Source: Candidatus Rickettsia vulgarisii (GTDB lineage Bacteria > Pseudomonadota > Alphaproteobacteria > Rickettsiales > Rickettsiaceae). From it: DNA of 64,000 nt. Below the pieces are notes generated by a model. It searched no databases, had not been told where the DNA came from, and saw only the letters and a list, made by a program, of their open reading frames with translations. Shown here one piece after another: positions 43,641-52,885 of this stretch. Every line of letters begins with the position of its first letter. The first letter of the stretch is position 1. Both the position numbers and the translations under genes were made by a program. The DNA is taken from assembly GCA_050920655.1 (NCBI GenBank), contig CP133317.1:1501168-1565167 (forward strand). The letters are read 5' to 3'.

Positions 43641-44395
43641 TTAAATTTCCCCAAAGCAAGTAACTAATTCTGTTTGAGTTAATCTTGATTTTGTAATTGA
43701 GTCGAATTCATTTACAAAATTTCCATCTTTTAATAACAATAACTTATCTCCATATTTAAGCGCATGCGCCATATTATGTGTAATCATAATACAGGTGGTT
43801 TTTTGTTGACATACAATTTCATCAGTTAATTTAATAATTAATTCGCTATTTGCGGGATCTAAAGCAGCTGTTATTTCGTCGAGCAATAATATTTAGAATC
43901 TTGAAGGATAGCCATTATTAAACTTAGAGCCTGTCTTTGTCCCCCAGATAAATTGCTGACTAATTCATCCATTCTGTTTTCTAACCCCATATTTAACATA
44001 CGTAATTTATCTTGAAATAATTCCATACGAAACTTGTTAGAAAAAAATTTGAAACTTCTGCGTTGACCTCGTTTAAACGCAAAAGTCATATTTTCAAAGA
44101 TAGTTATATTTTCGATTGTACCAATTTTATAATCTTGCATGACCTTTGATACTAAATTTGCTCTATGTATTTGCGGTATATTGGTAACATTTTTCCTATC
44201 AATAAGGATCTCTCTAGCATCAGGCCTCATAAAGCCTGATATAACATTTAATAGAGTTGATTTACCAGCGCCATTATTGCCTATAATTACTACAAATTCT
44301 TCTTTTTTAACATTTAGGTTTAATTGATTTAGGATTTTTCTCTCTAATTTTGTATTTTTGCCTAAGGTAACCTCAATATTGTTTAATTTTAACAT
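43641..44395 (-). pseudogene. ABC transporter ATP-binding protein, frameshifted
   Basis: The pieces are GNNGAGKSTLLN (Walker A), LSGGQRQALSL (signature) and, in another frame, LLLDEITAALDP (Walker B). The two ORFs are 43871-44395 and 43641-43886. Confidence 0.8.
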
Positions 44396-45228
44396 ACATG
44401 TCTCCTTGGCATATACATTATCATAATTACCATAATACCAGTAATTAGATTTAAATCTTTGATAGTGATACCTAATGCATCACTATATAGGGCAAAGCTG
44501 ATAAGCAATCTATATATAATCGAACCTACTAAGCAACTAGCTACTTGATTAATGGTGGATCTATATGGAAACACTTTTTCACCAATCATAACTGATGCAA
44601 GCCCTACAATTACTGTTCCTACTCCACTACCAACATCAGCAAAGCCTTGGTGTTGGCATAATAAAGAGCCTCCAAATGCAATTATAGCGTTGCTTAAGCT
44701 TAAGCCTATTATTGTCATTATCGTTATACTTACCCCACTATTTTGAGCTAATCTTTTATTTTGCCCAAGGACACGGAGAGCTAAGCCGAAATTTGTATTT
44801 AATAAATAATAATAAGGCAAGATATTAAGCTGACTATAATTAATATAAATATTGTTGAATGTAAAAATATTGTCTTTTTATCAAAGAGAGCAATATTAGG
44901 TATATCCCCCATAATATGTAAATTTATAGAATAGAGCATAAAGCTAACCAATATTCCAGCTAACAAATTGGTAACTTTAAATTTTGTGTATAATATTCCA
45001 GTTGTAATACCTGCAATACAACCGGCAAATACAGCTTGTAATCGTAGTAATCCAAGGGTTATATCCTGATTTTATTAATATACTAGAAACTGCAGATCCT
45101 AAAACAAAGCTACCATCACAAGTTAAATCTGGAAAATCTATAACACGAAACGTTAAATATATTCCAATAGCGACTATGCCGAATATGATGCCAATTTCTA
45201 CACTCATTATGATTTCGTTTAAAGTCAT
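44389..45228 (-). pseudogene. ABC transporter permease, fragmented
   Basis: Hydrophobic pieces at 44977-45228 and 44389-44820 are separated by a broken stretch. ATGA overlaps occur with both neighbouring genes. Confidence 0.7.
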
Positions 45229-46203
45229 AATGAACTCTTGCTAATGATTTTAGTAGCTTTAGATTTAAGATTATCAAAAAATTTAATACCAACTTTTTCT
45301 GCAGCATCTTCATTAAGATACAAATCAGTACTATTTGGAAATTCCACTGGAATGTCACCTAAATTTTCTCCATTTAAACTTCAAATAATAATTTTAGCGG
45401 TTTGTAGACCTATTTTATATTGATTAGGACCTAATGCTGCTAAAGCTCCTAATTCTACTGCGTCTGTGTATCGCTTACATAAATAGGTATTTTAACTTTA
45501 TTGCTAGCACTAATAATTACCTGCAGAGCAGAAAGAGCGGTATTGTCATTGCTAATAAAGATAGCGTCAACATTTTCTGCTAATTTAGTTGCTGCTTGAG
45601 CCACTTCTGAAGTTTTATTGGCAGATTGTAATATTAATTTAATATCTAGTTTTGGGCAGAGTTCTTCTAATTTAGTAATTAAACTTAAAGAATTTGTGTC
45701 ACTTGGGTTATATAGAAATCCTAAACGTTTTAAGTTGGGTTGAATTTGTTTAAACAATTTTATCTGTGGCTCTAATTCAATAAAGTTAGAAACTTCTGAA
45801 GTATTATTGCCTGGTTTCCTAAGATTTTGAACAAGCCCAGTTTTAATTGGGTCAGTAACGGAACTAAATACTAATTTTGTTTTATTTTCCTTGGCGTATT
45901 TCACAAAACTTTGCGCTAAAATAGTTGCAACGCCTACTATCACATCTCAGCATTTTGAGCAATAAATTTTGCCGCAATTTGTGAAGCTAACACAGGATTT
46001 GCTTGTTGTACTGATTCAACTCGTAAATCTAAATTTACTCCTTGTTTGTAACCATCCTCTAATCCATCAATAATTCCTTTTGTCGTCATATTTAGAGCTG
46101 GGTATTCTACTAATTGATTAATAAATACTTTCTTCATATTGCTTGTTGCAAACGTATTCATCGCGATGCAAATAAATACCAATAACGTTGATATTTTTTT
46201 CAT
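45225..46203 (-). pseudogene. ABC transporter substrate-binding protein (ABC_sub_bind / COG2984-like), at least 3 disruptions
   Basis: MKKISTLLVFICIAMNTFA is the signal peptide. Later pieces include LVEYPALNMTTKGIIDGL, SSVTDPIKTGLVQNLRKPGNN, LGFLYNPSDTNS and VDAIFISNDNTALSAL, with the C-terminal piece in a third frame. Confidence 0.75.
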
Positions 46204-46204
46204 T

Positions 46205-46504
46205 TTAAATTTCCATTTTTGTTTTTGATTTTTCCAGCAAATTTGCATAACCTTGGTAAGGTTCATCTTTCAAGAATCTTGCTACTCGTCCTATTGTTGT
46301 TAAGCTTGCTCCTATTTTAATATGAATTTCTCTATATGATAAACCTTGGTCTAGGTATTTGCATATTTGCCATCGTTCGGAAAGAGCATTTAATTCAGCT
46401 GGAGTGCATAAATCTTTTAAAAAGTTATAAACTTCCTTTTCTGTTTTAAGTAATAGTAAAATTTTACATAAATCTTTTATGTTATTATTATGATGATCTC
46501 CCAT
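46205..46504 (-). CDS. TrpR-related regulator, YerC/YecD family (intact)
   Basis: 99 aa. DLCTPAELNALSERWQICKYL and GASLTTIGRVARFLK match the YerC/YecD helix-turn-helix pattern. The stop lies 1 nt before the substrate-binding-protein start. Confidence 0.8.
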   Translation of the reverse strand: MGDHHNNNIKDLCKILLLLKTEKEVYNFLKDLCTPAELNALSERWQICKYLDQGLSYREIHIKIGASLTTIGRVARFLKDEPYQGYANLLEKSKTKMEI

Positions 46505-46519
46505 TAAATTACCTTAGTA

Positions 46520-46566
46520 CTGAATTACTGTACTACTATAGTAGTACAGTAATTCAGATAAGTCAA
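46520..46566 (-). promoter_or_regulatory. Perfect 38-bp palindrome (operator candidate) overlapping a promoter candidate of the regulator/ABC operon
   Basis: CTGAATTACTGTACTACTA|TAGTAGTACAGTAATTCAG spans 46520-46557. On the minus strand TTGACT (46566-46561), a 17-nt spacer and TACTAT (46543-46538) place the palindrome over the -10 and +1. Confidence 0.55.
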
Positions 46567-46623
46567 GATAAATAATATAAGACCTAAAGGTTATATAAAT
46601 GTATGATTGTGAAATGAGTCTAG

Positions 46624-47253
46624 TTATTGATTATTTAAATTAGACAAAAATTTATCTAAATCAACTCTCAATCTCTTTGATCGTTCAGCAATAATAATGG
46701 AATGAATGGTTTTAAGAGCAATATCAAAATTATCATTAACAACTACATAATCATAATGTCTTGCATATTCTATTTCCTTGGCAGCATTTTTCATGCGTAA
46801 TTCTATAGTTTCTTTATTATCTTGCCCTCTATTTTTAATTCTTTGTTTTAAGATATTAAGATCTGGCGGCAGAATAAAAATAGTTACTACATGGTCTAAT
46901 ATCTTTTTAATTGACTGCATACCTTGGTAATCTATGTCAAATAATACATCTAAATTATTATCTAAATATTTTGTTACAGTCTTTTTTAGAGTTCCGTAAT
47001 TATTGCCATAAACATTAGCATATTCAAGAAAAGCATTTTGTTTGATTAGCTCATTAAATTCGTCAGTGGTTTTAAAATAATAATCTACTTTATCTATTTC
47101 ACCAGGTCTTGGTGGTCGAGTTGTGGTTGAAATAGAAAGTTTTAAGTTGTTATCAATTTTTAGCAATGCTTTTGCCAAGCTTGATTTACCAGCAGCAGAT
47201 GGGGAAGATAAAATAATAACAAACCCTTTGTCTTTGATTAGCTTTTGCGTCAT
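46624..47253 (-). CDS. gmk: Guanylate kinase
   Basis: 209 aa with SSPSAAGKSS (P-loop), TTRPPRPGE and YYF. Confidence 0.95.
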   Translation of the reverse strand: MTQKLIKDKGFVIILSSPSAAGKSSLAKALLKIDNNLKLSISTTTRPPRPGEIDKVDYYFKTTDEFNELIKQNAFLEYANVYGNNYGTLKKTVTKYLDNNLDVLFDIDYQGMQSIKKILDHVVTIFILPPDLNILKQRIKNRGQDNKETIELRMKNAAKEIEYARHYDYVVVNDNFDIALKTIHSIIIAERSKRLRVDLDKFLSNLNNQ

Positions 47254-47395
47254 ATTCTTTTAAATTATTAAATTTAAGATTATTATAATCTAATTATTGG
47301 AAATAATAGAAATTGTTTTAATTCATTGTGACGCTTTTTAAATATTAATGAAGTAAAATAATTTAGGCCAGAAAATTAGATAAACTTATATATGG

Positions 47396-48016
47396 TTGAT
47401 AATTATGGTAAGAAAGTTATATATTCATGATACTAAAGGCAATCTCATACCCCGTACACCTTCTAAAGTTTTCTCACATGCAATGTATAAGCTATTATCA
47501 GAACGTAACTCACCAACTTTTAAACAAATAATACCTGAGATAATTGCGGATTTGCAGGAGGCTTTAATTTTTGGAGTATATGAAGCAGCTTTAGAATTAG
47601 CTTATCTATAGATAGAATAATAACAAATTTAGATGATAAAATAATATTAGGAGATAAATATGGAATTGGACAATTATATATGGCTATATATCAAAAATTG
47701 GTTCCACAATATGATAGTCATACTACTTTCTCATTAACTGATCTAGCGGAAGAATACGTTAAAGTTATTAATGAGAATAAATTAAAATATCATAATGAAC
47801 AAGAAACAGATGTTAGCGTAAAAAAGAAGCTGTAGAATATTTTATAGAGCAGATCAACACCATACTATAGAAGTGTTAGTAAATTGTAATTTTGACTCAC
47901 ATCAATTAAGTAATTCATATACGGAACGTGATGATGTTAGTCTAATTGGTAGTGATGAAAAAGAAACTGAGGGTAAAAGCGGATTATCTTGCTGCTGTTC
48001 ATGTATTATTATGTAG
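47396..48016 (+). pseudogene. Decayed hypothetical gene whose last frame ends in poly-Cys plus a CaaX box
   Basis: Pieces run 47396-47611, then DRIITNLDDKIILGDKYGIGQLYMAIYQKL...DVSVKK, then EAVEYFIEQINTIL. The last piece is ...EVLVNCNFDSHQLSNSYTERDDVSLIGSDEKETEGKSGLSCCCSCIIM with a stop at 48014-48016. Confidence 0.5.
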
Positions 48017-48032
48017 TTAAAATAAAATTAAT

Positions 48033-48477
48033 ATGACAATTAATCAAGATAATCAGTGTATTCTTAAAGAAGCTTTAAATTTTCTTCATGTTTCTGAGTT
48101 AAGAGCAATATGTTCAAAACTCTCTATTTTAGATAAAGGTAATAAAAAAACAAATTATTATACGTATATTGCATTTTGTTAAAACAGGTGAGATATTGCA
48201 GGAGCAAAAAATTCTAAGGATTTCTTGCGCTATGCGAGGTGTTGTATACCATTTGCATCCTAATACATTAATGTTGAAAGGGAGTTATAAGAATGACTTA
48301 CGGAATCGACAATTTTTTAAGCAGCTGATAGGTGAGCATTTTCATTTTACTGCTATAGCTATTGATTGGTTAAATGACAGGTGGATGCAAGGACTCCCCC
48401 CTCCCCCAACTTATCAAGAATTTTTGGAAAATTCATCGAGAAAGGCAAAAGTCTATAGCCTATTCTATATTATTTAA
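48033..48477 (+). pseudogene. Hypothetical gene with a SAP-like N-terminal motif, frameshifted at an A7 run
   Basis: MTINQDNQCILKEALNFLHVSELRAICSKLSILDKGNKK is followed by a shift at A7 (48143-48149). It continues IIIRILHFVKTGEILQEQK...FHFTAIAIDWLNDRWMQGLPPPPTYQEF. Confidence 0.5.
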
Positions 48478-48515
48478 TAAGTTATATATTTAGGTGAAAA
48501 ACCCATTAATATTTA

Positions 48516-48857
48516 CTAGTTATTGATATTATTACATTTGGCTTTTTTATTTTCCTTGTTAGATATTTCTAGTAATTTATCAAGAGATGTTAAGAGCCCT
48601 ACAGGATCATTTGCATGAAGTTCTTTGAGTTTTTTCAGATTTCCATAATATGATTGATAGTTTTTAAAATATAAGTCACAACTAACATCTACAAGGCAAA
48701 CTTCAACTGCTAAAGTTTTCTTATTAAGGTCTGATGAGTTAATATCGGCTAATTCTCTTTTAGCATCTCTAATTATGTTAAAAGCTTCTTGATAATTTGC
48801 TAAATTTAGTGCTTGCTTAGTTTGTGTTAATAACTCAAGAATTTTTTCCTTACTCAT
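48516..48857 (-). CDS. Hypothetical protein (helical, 113 aa)
   Basis: ORF only. The composition predicts a helical protein, and I recognise no family. Confidence 0.35.
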   Translation of the reverse strand: MSKEKILELLTQTKQALNLANYQEAFNIIRDAKRELADINSSDLNKKTLAVEVCLVDVSCDLYFKNYQSYYGNLKKLKELHANDPVGLLTSLDKLLEISNKENKKAKCNNINN

Positions 48858-49032
48858 ATTTTTAATTTATTTTAAGGAGAAACCAAACGCCAAACTTGAT
48901 ATATTCTATAAAATTATCTTTGGCAAATAATTATTGTTGGTTATTGCAATTTATTAAATGTAGTTATTTAATAAAAAATATTGCTATATAATTAATTCTA
49001 ATTCCTATTTTCATCTAAAATCATTTATTATT

Positions 49033-49571
49033 ATGGGTTTTCCGAAAGAAGTTTCTTTAAAAAATAAGCAAAATCTTATTATAGATAAAGCATCGTTATT
49101 AGATGCTGCAGAAATTGTTGATTTTCTTAATAAAGTAGGAGGGCAAACAGATTTTCTTACATTTGGAGAAAATGAATTTCCTTTTTCTGTAGAAGAAGAA
49201 AAAATTATAATTAAGGAATGTATAGGGTCAGATTTAAATTTAATGTTATTAGGAAAAATTAATACTAAAATAGTATCCCAACTTTTTCTACAGCGCTCTA
49301 GTAAAAAAAGATTAATACATATAGTGGATATTGGTATTAGTGTCTGTAAAAATTATTGGGGGAACTCAACTCAAAACATGTTGAATTTTGCTATAGGTTG
49401 GGCAAAAGATCATGGTATTACTAAAATACAGTTACAAGTACGAATTGATAATAAAGGGGCTATAGTTCTATATAAAAAATTGGGTTTTGTGATATAGAAG
49501 GGACAGTAAAACGAGCTTTAAAAATTAATAATAATTATTATGACAAATATATTATGGGGTTATTATTATAA
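49033..49571 (+). pseudogene. GNAT-family N-acetyltransferase with a C-terminal frameshift
   Basis: The GNAT core reads ...HIVDIGISVCKNYWGNSTQNMLNFAIGWAKDHGITKIQLQVRIDNKGAIVLYKKLGF. The expected tail DIEGTVKRALKINNNYYDKYIMGLLL is in another frame after about 49485. Confidence 0.6.
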
Positions 49572-49592
49572 AAGTTAAATTATTCAACAGAT

Positions 49593-50903
49593 TTATATTT
49601 CTCTAACAGGTTTGAAAGTTACTTCTCTTTTCTTAAAAAAACTCATCAAAGATTTTGGCTTTGATAAATCACGTTTATAAATTTTTCCAGTCATTTGTTC
49701 ATAATTAGAAATTAAGGATGTGATAACTTCATTATAATAGATTTTATATAGTCCTTGCATTGTTGCCATGGTTGTTAAATACCCCCATTTCATAACTTGC
49801 TGAGGTACCCTTGCCAATGCTTCAATACAAGCAATTGTTTCTTCGATTTCGGGATTACTGTGTTTGTATACATCAGCAACAGGCGCTAGATTAAACAGCA
49901 TGTCCTCAATCATTGCTTTAATCATTAATCCCATATATTGATCTTTCTTAAATCTTTGTATAAAGAGTAATTCTTTCTTATTGGCATTTAACAAGAATCT
50001 ATGTTTACTGACAAAGGCCAAAAATTTTGCAGTATATACTCTTATTCCTTTAATTTTATTTTTGTTATAAAATTTTATCTTTTCTTCATAAGTAATCATT
50101 TGTTTCATACCCAAAGATAAAAGATCAGTAAATAATTTGTTGCAGTGAGTAATATCGTTCCGACAAGCATTTTTAACATGAGGAGTTGCTTTTGTTCCAG
50201 CAAAATTTGCGGAATGACGACTTATTTGTTTGCCATGAGAATCTCTTTTTATATCAGCAAAATGTCCTAGTTCTTGAGCAGCGATAATCTGCATTCTAGC
50301 AACTGCTGCCCACCCATCCCCATAAGTTGGGTAGTCTTTGTTATTTTCAGCAAATGGATTTCCTCCACAAGAAACAAAAATAGCTACATTTTTTCCATCA
50401 GTACTTTGCATACCGCTATTGGAGCCAGCTTGTTGCCAGTCAACTATATCCATCATGTCACCAATATTATGAGAATAGGTGATAAAAACTTGGACTTTAT
50501 CATATAACAACCACCTGATTACTATAGGATGAGCTGATTGTACAAAGATTCGCGCTAAATTTTCAGTAACTTGTGGATTTACAGGTTGTAATTTTTGAAT
50601 TTGTTTTTTTAAGTCATTATAAATAAAAGCTAGCTTTTGATTAGTAAGGGATGATCCATATAAAGATTTAAATAACTTATTAGTTTCAGGAATTAATGTT
50701 GGATCTGTTATTTCTTCTTTACTTACCATCAAACTGAGATTGGATCTTGGATCTGAGAATCTAGCAAAATTACAGCTAGTATCAGTATCTATTCTAAGTT
50801 TTCCTGATTTAATTAATTGCTTAGCTAACTGCTCGTATTCCACTTGCATATCTGCTGGGTGAATATCAGGTACTTTGTCAAGAATATGATAAATTGAACT
50901 CAT
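49593..50903 (-). CDS. Hypothetical 436-aa protein with a degenerate zincin-like motif (QELGH)
   Basis: Intact ORF with no TM helix or signal peptide evident. IIAAQELGHFADIKRD (motif at 50262-50276) resembles HExxH with the first His replaced. Confidence 0.45.
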   Translation of the reverse strand: MSSIYHILDKVPDIHPADMQVEYEQLAKQLIKSGKLRIDTDTSCNFARFSDPRSNLSLMVSKEEITDPTLIPETNKLFKSLYGSSLTNQKLAFIYNDLKKQIQKLQPVNPQVTENLARIFVQSAHPIVIRWLLYDKVQVFITYSHNIGDMMDIVDWQQAGSNSGMQSTDGKNVAIFVSCGGNPFAENNKDYPTYGDGWAAVARMQIIAAQELGHFADIKRDSHGKQISRHSANFAGTKATPHVKNACRNDITHCNKLFTDLLSLGMKQMITYEEKIKFYNKNKIKGIRVYTAKFLAFVSKHRFLLNANKKELLFIQRFKKDQYMGLMIKAMIEDMLFNLAPVADVYKHSNPEIEETIACIEALARVPQQVMKWGYLTTMATMQGLYKIYYNEVITSLISNYEQMTGKIYKRDLSKPKSLMSFFKKREVTFKPVREI

Positions 50904-50954
50904 CAGAATATAAATTAATTAATGCTAATACTATATATTAATGAAAAATATAAC

Positions 50955-51479
50955 TTAAAGGAAGCTTCCAATTAATAATGTTTTTAAATATTTATTATAT
51001 TCATTAAATAATATTTTATATTTATTGTGCTCTATTAGTATCGGATGAGGTACGATAATAATATTATGGGTAGTTTTGGTTATATTATTTATAGCTACAG
51101 GCATATCATAAGAAGAATTGACTAATCGTATGGAACGAATATTATTATTTATAATAAACTCAACTACTTCTTGGATATCATCTTTTCCTGCATAGCTGCT
51201 ATTTGCATATATTACTTGGCTAGTTTTAACATTATATTCAGATAAGAGATTTTTTAATTGATTTTTTGACTCAATGCCAGCAATAAATAATATAGGAGCG
51301 TAACCGGCTTTTAATAGACTAATGCCAGTTTCTATTCTTTGTCTACCATCTAAAGATACTATAGCGTCAGTTGTAGTGCTATTATTGATTTTGTAAGATT
51401 CAACTGTATAAATATAATAAGCAAAGCCAACCACCCACAATAGAAATATTATAAAGATTGATAAAATAATATTTTTCAT
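50955..51479 (-). CDS. DUF218 (YdcF/ElyC/SanA-like) membrane-anchored protein
   Basis: 174 aa with an N-terminal TM helix, then DAIVSLDGRQRIETGISLLKAGYAPILFIAG...SSYDMPV, typical of DUF218. Confidence 0.7.
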   Translation of the reverse strand: MKNIILSIFIIFLLWVVGFAYYIYTVESYKINNSTTTDAIVSLDGRQRIETGISLLKAGYAPILFIAGIESKNQLKNLLSEYNVKTSQVIYANSSYAGKDDIQEVVEFIINNNIRSIRLVNSSYDMPVAINNITKTTHNIIIVPHPILIEHNKYKILFNEYNKYLKTLLIGSFL

Positions 51480-51529
51480 TTGTTAATCTTGTAATAAATT
51501 AATTTAATTAGAGTTTTAAAGGAAGCTTA

Positions 51530-51844
51530 TTATGATAATTTTAATCCTATCATAGAAACTACCATAGTTGCTATAAAGAAAACTCTTGTTAAGGAACATG
51601 GTTCATTAAAATATAATATTCCTACGACTACTGTTCCTATAGCTCCTATACCCGTCCAAATAAGGTAAGCTGTACCAAGGGGTAGTTTATCAAGGGTTTT
51701 ACTAAGACAAAAAAAGCTTAATAAAGAGAAAACTATAAAGCCTATAGTATGTTTTATATTTGTAAAACCTTCTGATAGTTTTAATGATATAGAGAAACCT
51801 ATCTCAAATAATCCTGCCAAAATAAGTAATATCCAAGTGAGCAT
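51530..51844 (-). CDS. sugE: SMR-family small multidrug/guanidinium exporter (SugE/Gdx-like)
   Basis: 104 aa with 4 TM helices and the membrane-embedded Glu in AGLFEIGF. The sequence includes LGTAYLIWTGIGAIGT. Confidence 0.85.
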   Translation of the reverse strand: MLTWILLILAGLFEIGFSISLKLSEGFTNIKHTIGFIVFSLLSFFCLSKTLDKLPLGTAYLIWTGIGAIGTVVVGILYFNEPCSLTRVFFIATMVVSMIGLKLS

Positions 51845-51847
51845 ATT

Positions 51848-52873
51848 TTATCTTCCTTTTTCTATGGATTTATCTTTTTGTTGTAGCTTTTTATTAGCCA
51901 TATTTTCATGTAATATAGAGTTTTTATTATTTATATTATCAATTTTTATATTAGATGCTTGTATTTCAGTATTTAGTTGATTTATTTTGTCTATTTCAGA
52001 TTTTGCTAATAATTGTTCTTTATATAAAAATTCCTTATTATTTTTATTTATATTAGTTTTTAACAAGTTAATTTTTTCTTGTTCATTTATTACAGATTTA
52101 TCAATACTTAAAATTCTTTCTCCAATAGTTTCACCAATTTTTGGAGTGTATTTTACTACTAAAATAGCAGCAGGTACAACCATTAGAGCGGAGGATGCTC
52201 CTGCTGTTGCGACGGTAATAGTTCCAACAGCTACAGTGCAAATAGCTGTAATTACCTTGCTAGTTACTTGTCGGAATATTTCAATTTTTTTATAATGAGT
52301 AGATGCAATATTTACTATTTTGTCAAAATCTGATTTAACTTGTTGATTTATTTCTATAAGATTTTGATGTTTTTTTAGAGCGCTCATTACTGTTGTTTGA
52401 AATATTTCTGGTTCAGTTTGGATAAGATTTATTATTTCATAAGAGTTCTTTGCTGAAAATAAATTTTTGAGAATTAGTTTTAAATTATTTTTTTCTTTAG
52501 TATTTACATTAGGAAAATGAATATTGATTAAAGTATCAATAATAATATTTTCTGATTTTTGTAAAATATTATCATCTTGAAAATCTGTTGTTTCAGGGGA
52601 AATTGCAACAGCAAACAATGTTAAAATTGTAGAAAAACTATCGTCTGTTAAAACCTTTTGGCCTAAGAAAGATTTTAACTTGTATATACAATCATTTAAA
52701 TGGATTCTAATTTTTGGTATGGATTTTAATCTAATTTTATGATCAATAGCTATAATACGAGCAAGTGTTACACAAGCGTGATTTGTTAAATTGTTAACAA
52801 AAGCAGTACTAATTATTTTTTCGGCTACAGCAAGATCTGCAGCATCAAAACTGTCAATAAACTTATCATTCAT
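51848..52873 (-). CDS. Hypothetical membrane protein (341 aa; TM hairpin plus a C-terminal coiled coil)
   Basis: Soluble N-terminal region of about 205 aa, then the hydrophobic hairpin ITAICTVAVGTITVATAGASSALMVVPAAILVV, then an Asn/Lys-rich coiled coil. It lies 3 nt upstream of sugE. Confidence 0.45.
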   Translation of the reverse strand: MNDKFIDSFDAADLAVAEKIISTAFVNNLTNHACVTLARIIAIDHKIRLKSIPKIRIHLNDCIYKLKSFLGQKVLTDDSFSTILTLFAVAISPETTDFQDDNILQKSENIIIDTLINIHFPNVNTKEKNNLKLILKNLFSAKNSYEIINLIQTEPEIFQTTVMSALKKHQNLIEINQQVKSDFDKIVNIASTHYKKIEIFRQVTSKVITAICTVAVGTITVATAGASSALMVVPAAILVVKYTPKIGETIGERILSIDKSVINEQEKINLLKTNINKNNKEFLYKEQLLAKSEIDKINQLNTEIQASNIKIDNINNKNSILHENMANKKLQQKDKSIEKGR

Positions 52874-52885
52874 AATTTGCGTTTT

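Noticed and set aside
45116-45423. ORFs 45116-45358 (minus) and 45238-45423 (plus)
   Set aside because: They are frame artefacts at the junction of the decayed binding-protein and permease genes.
51987-52295. 102-aa plus-strand ORF (also 53697-53918, 54900-55097, 50274-50507)
   Set aside because: They are antisense to long intact minus-strand ORFs of the 49.6-55.1 kb block and have no independent support.
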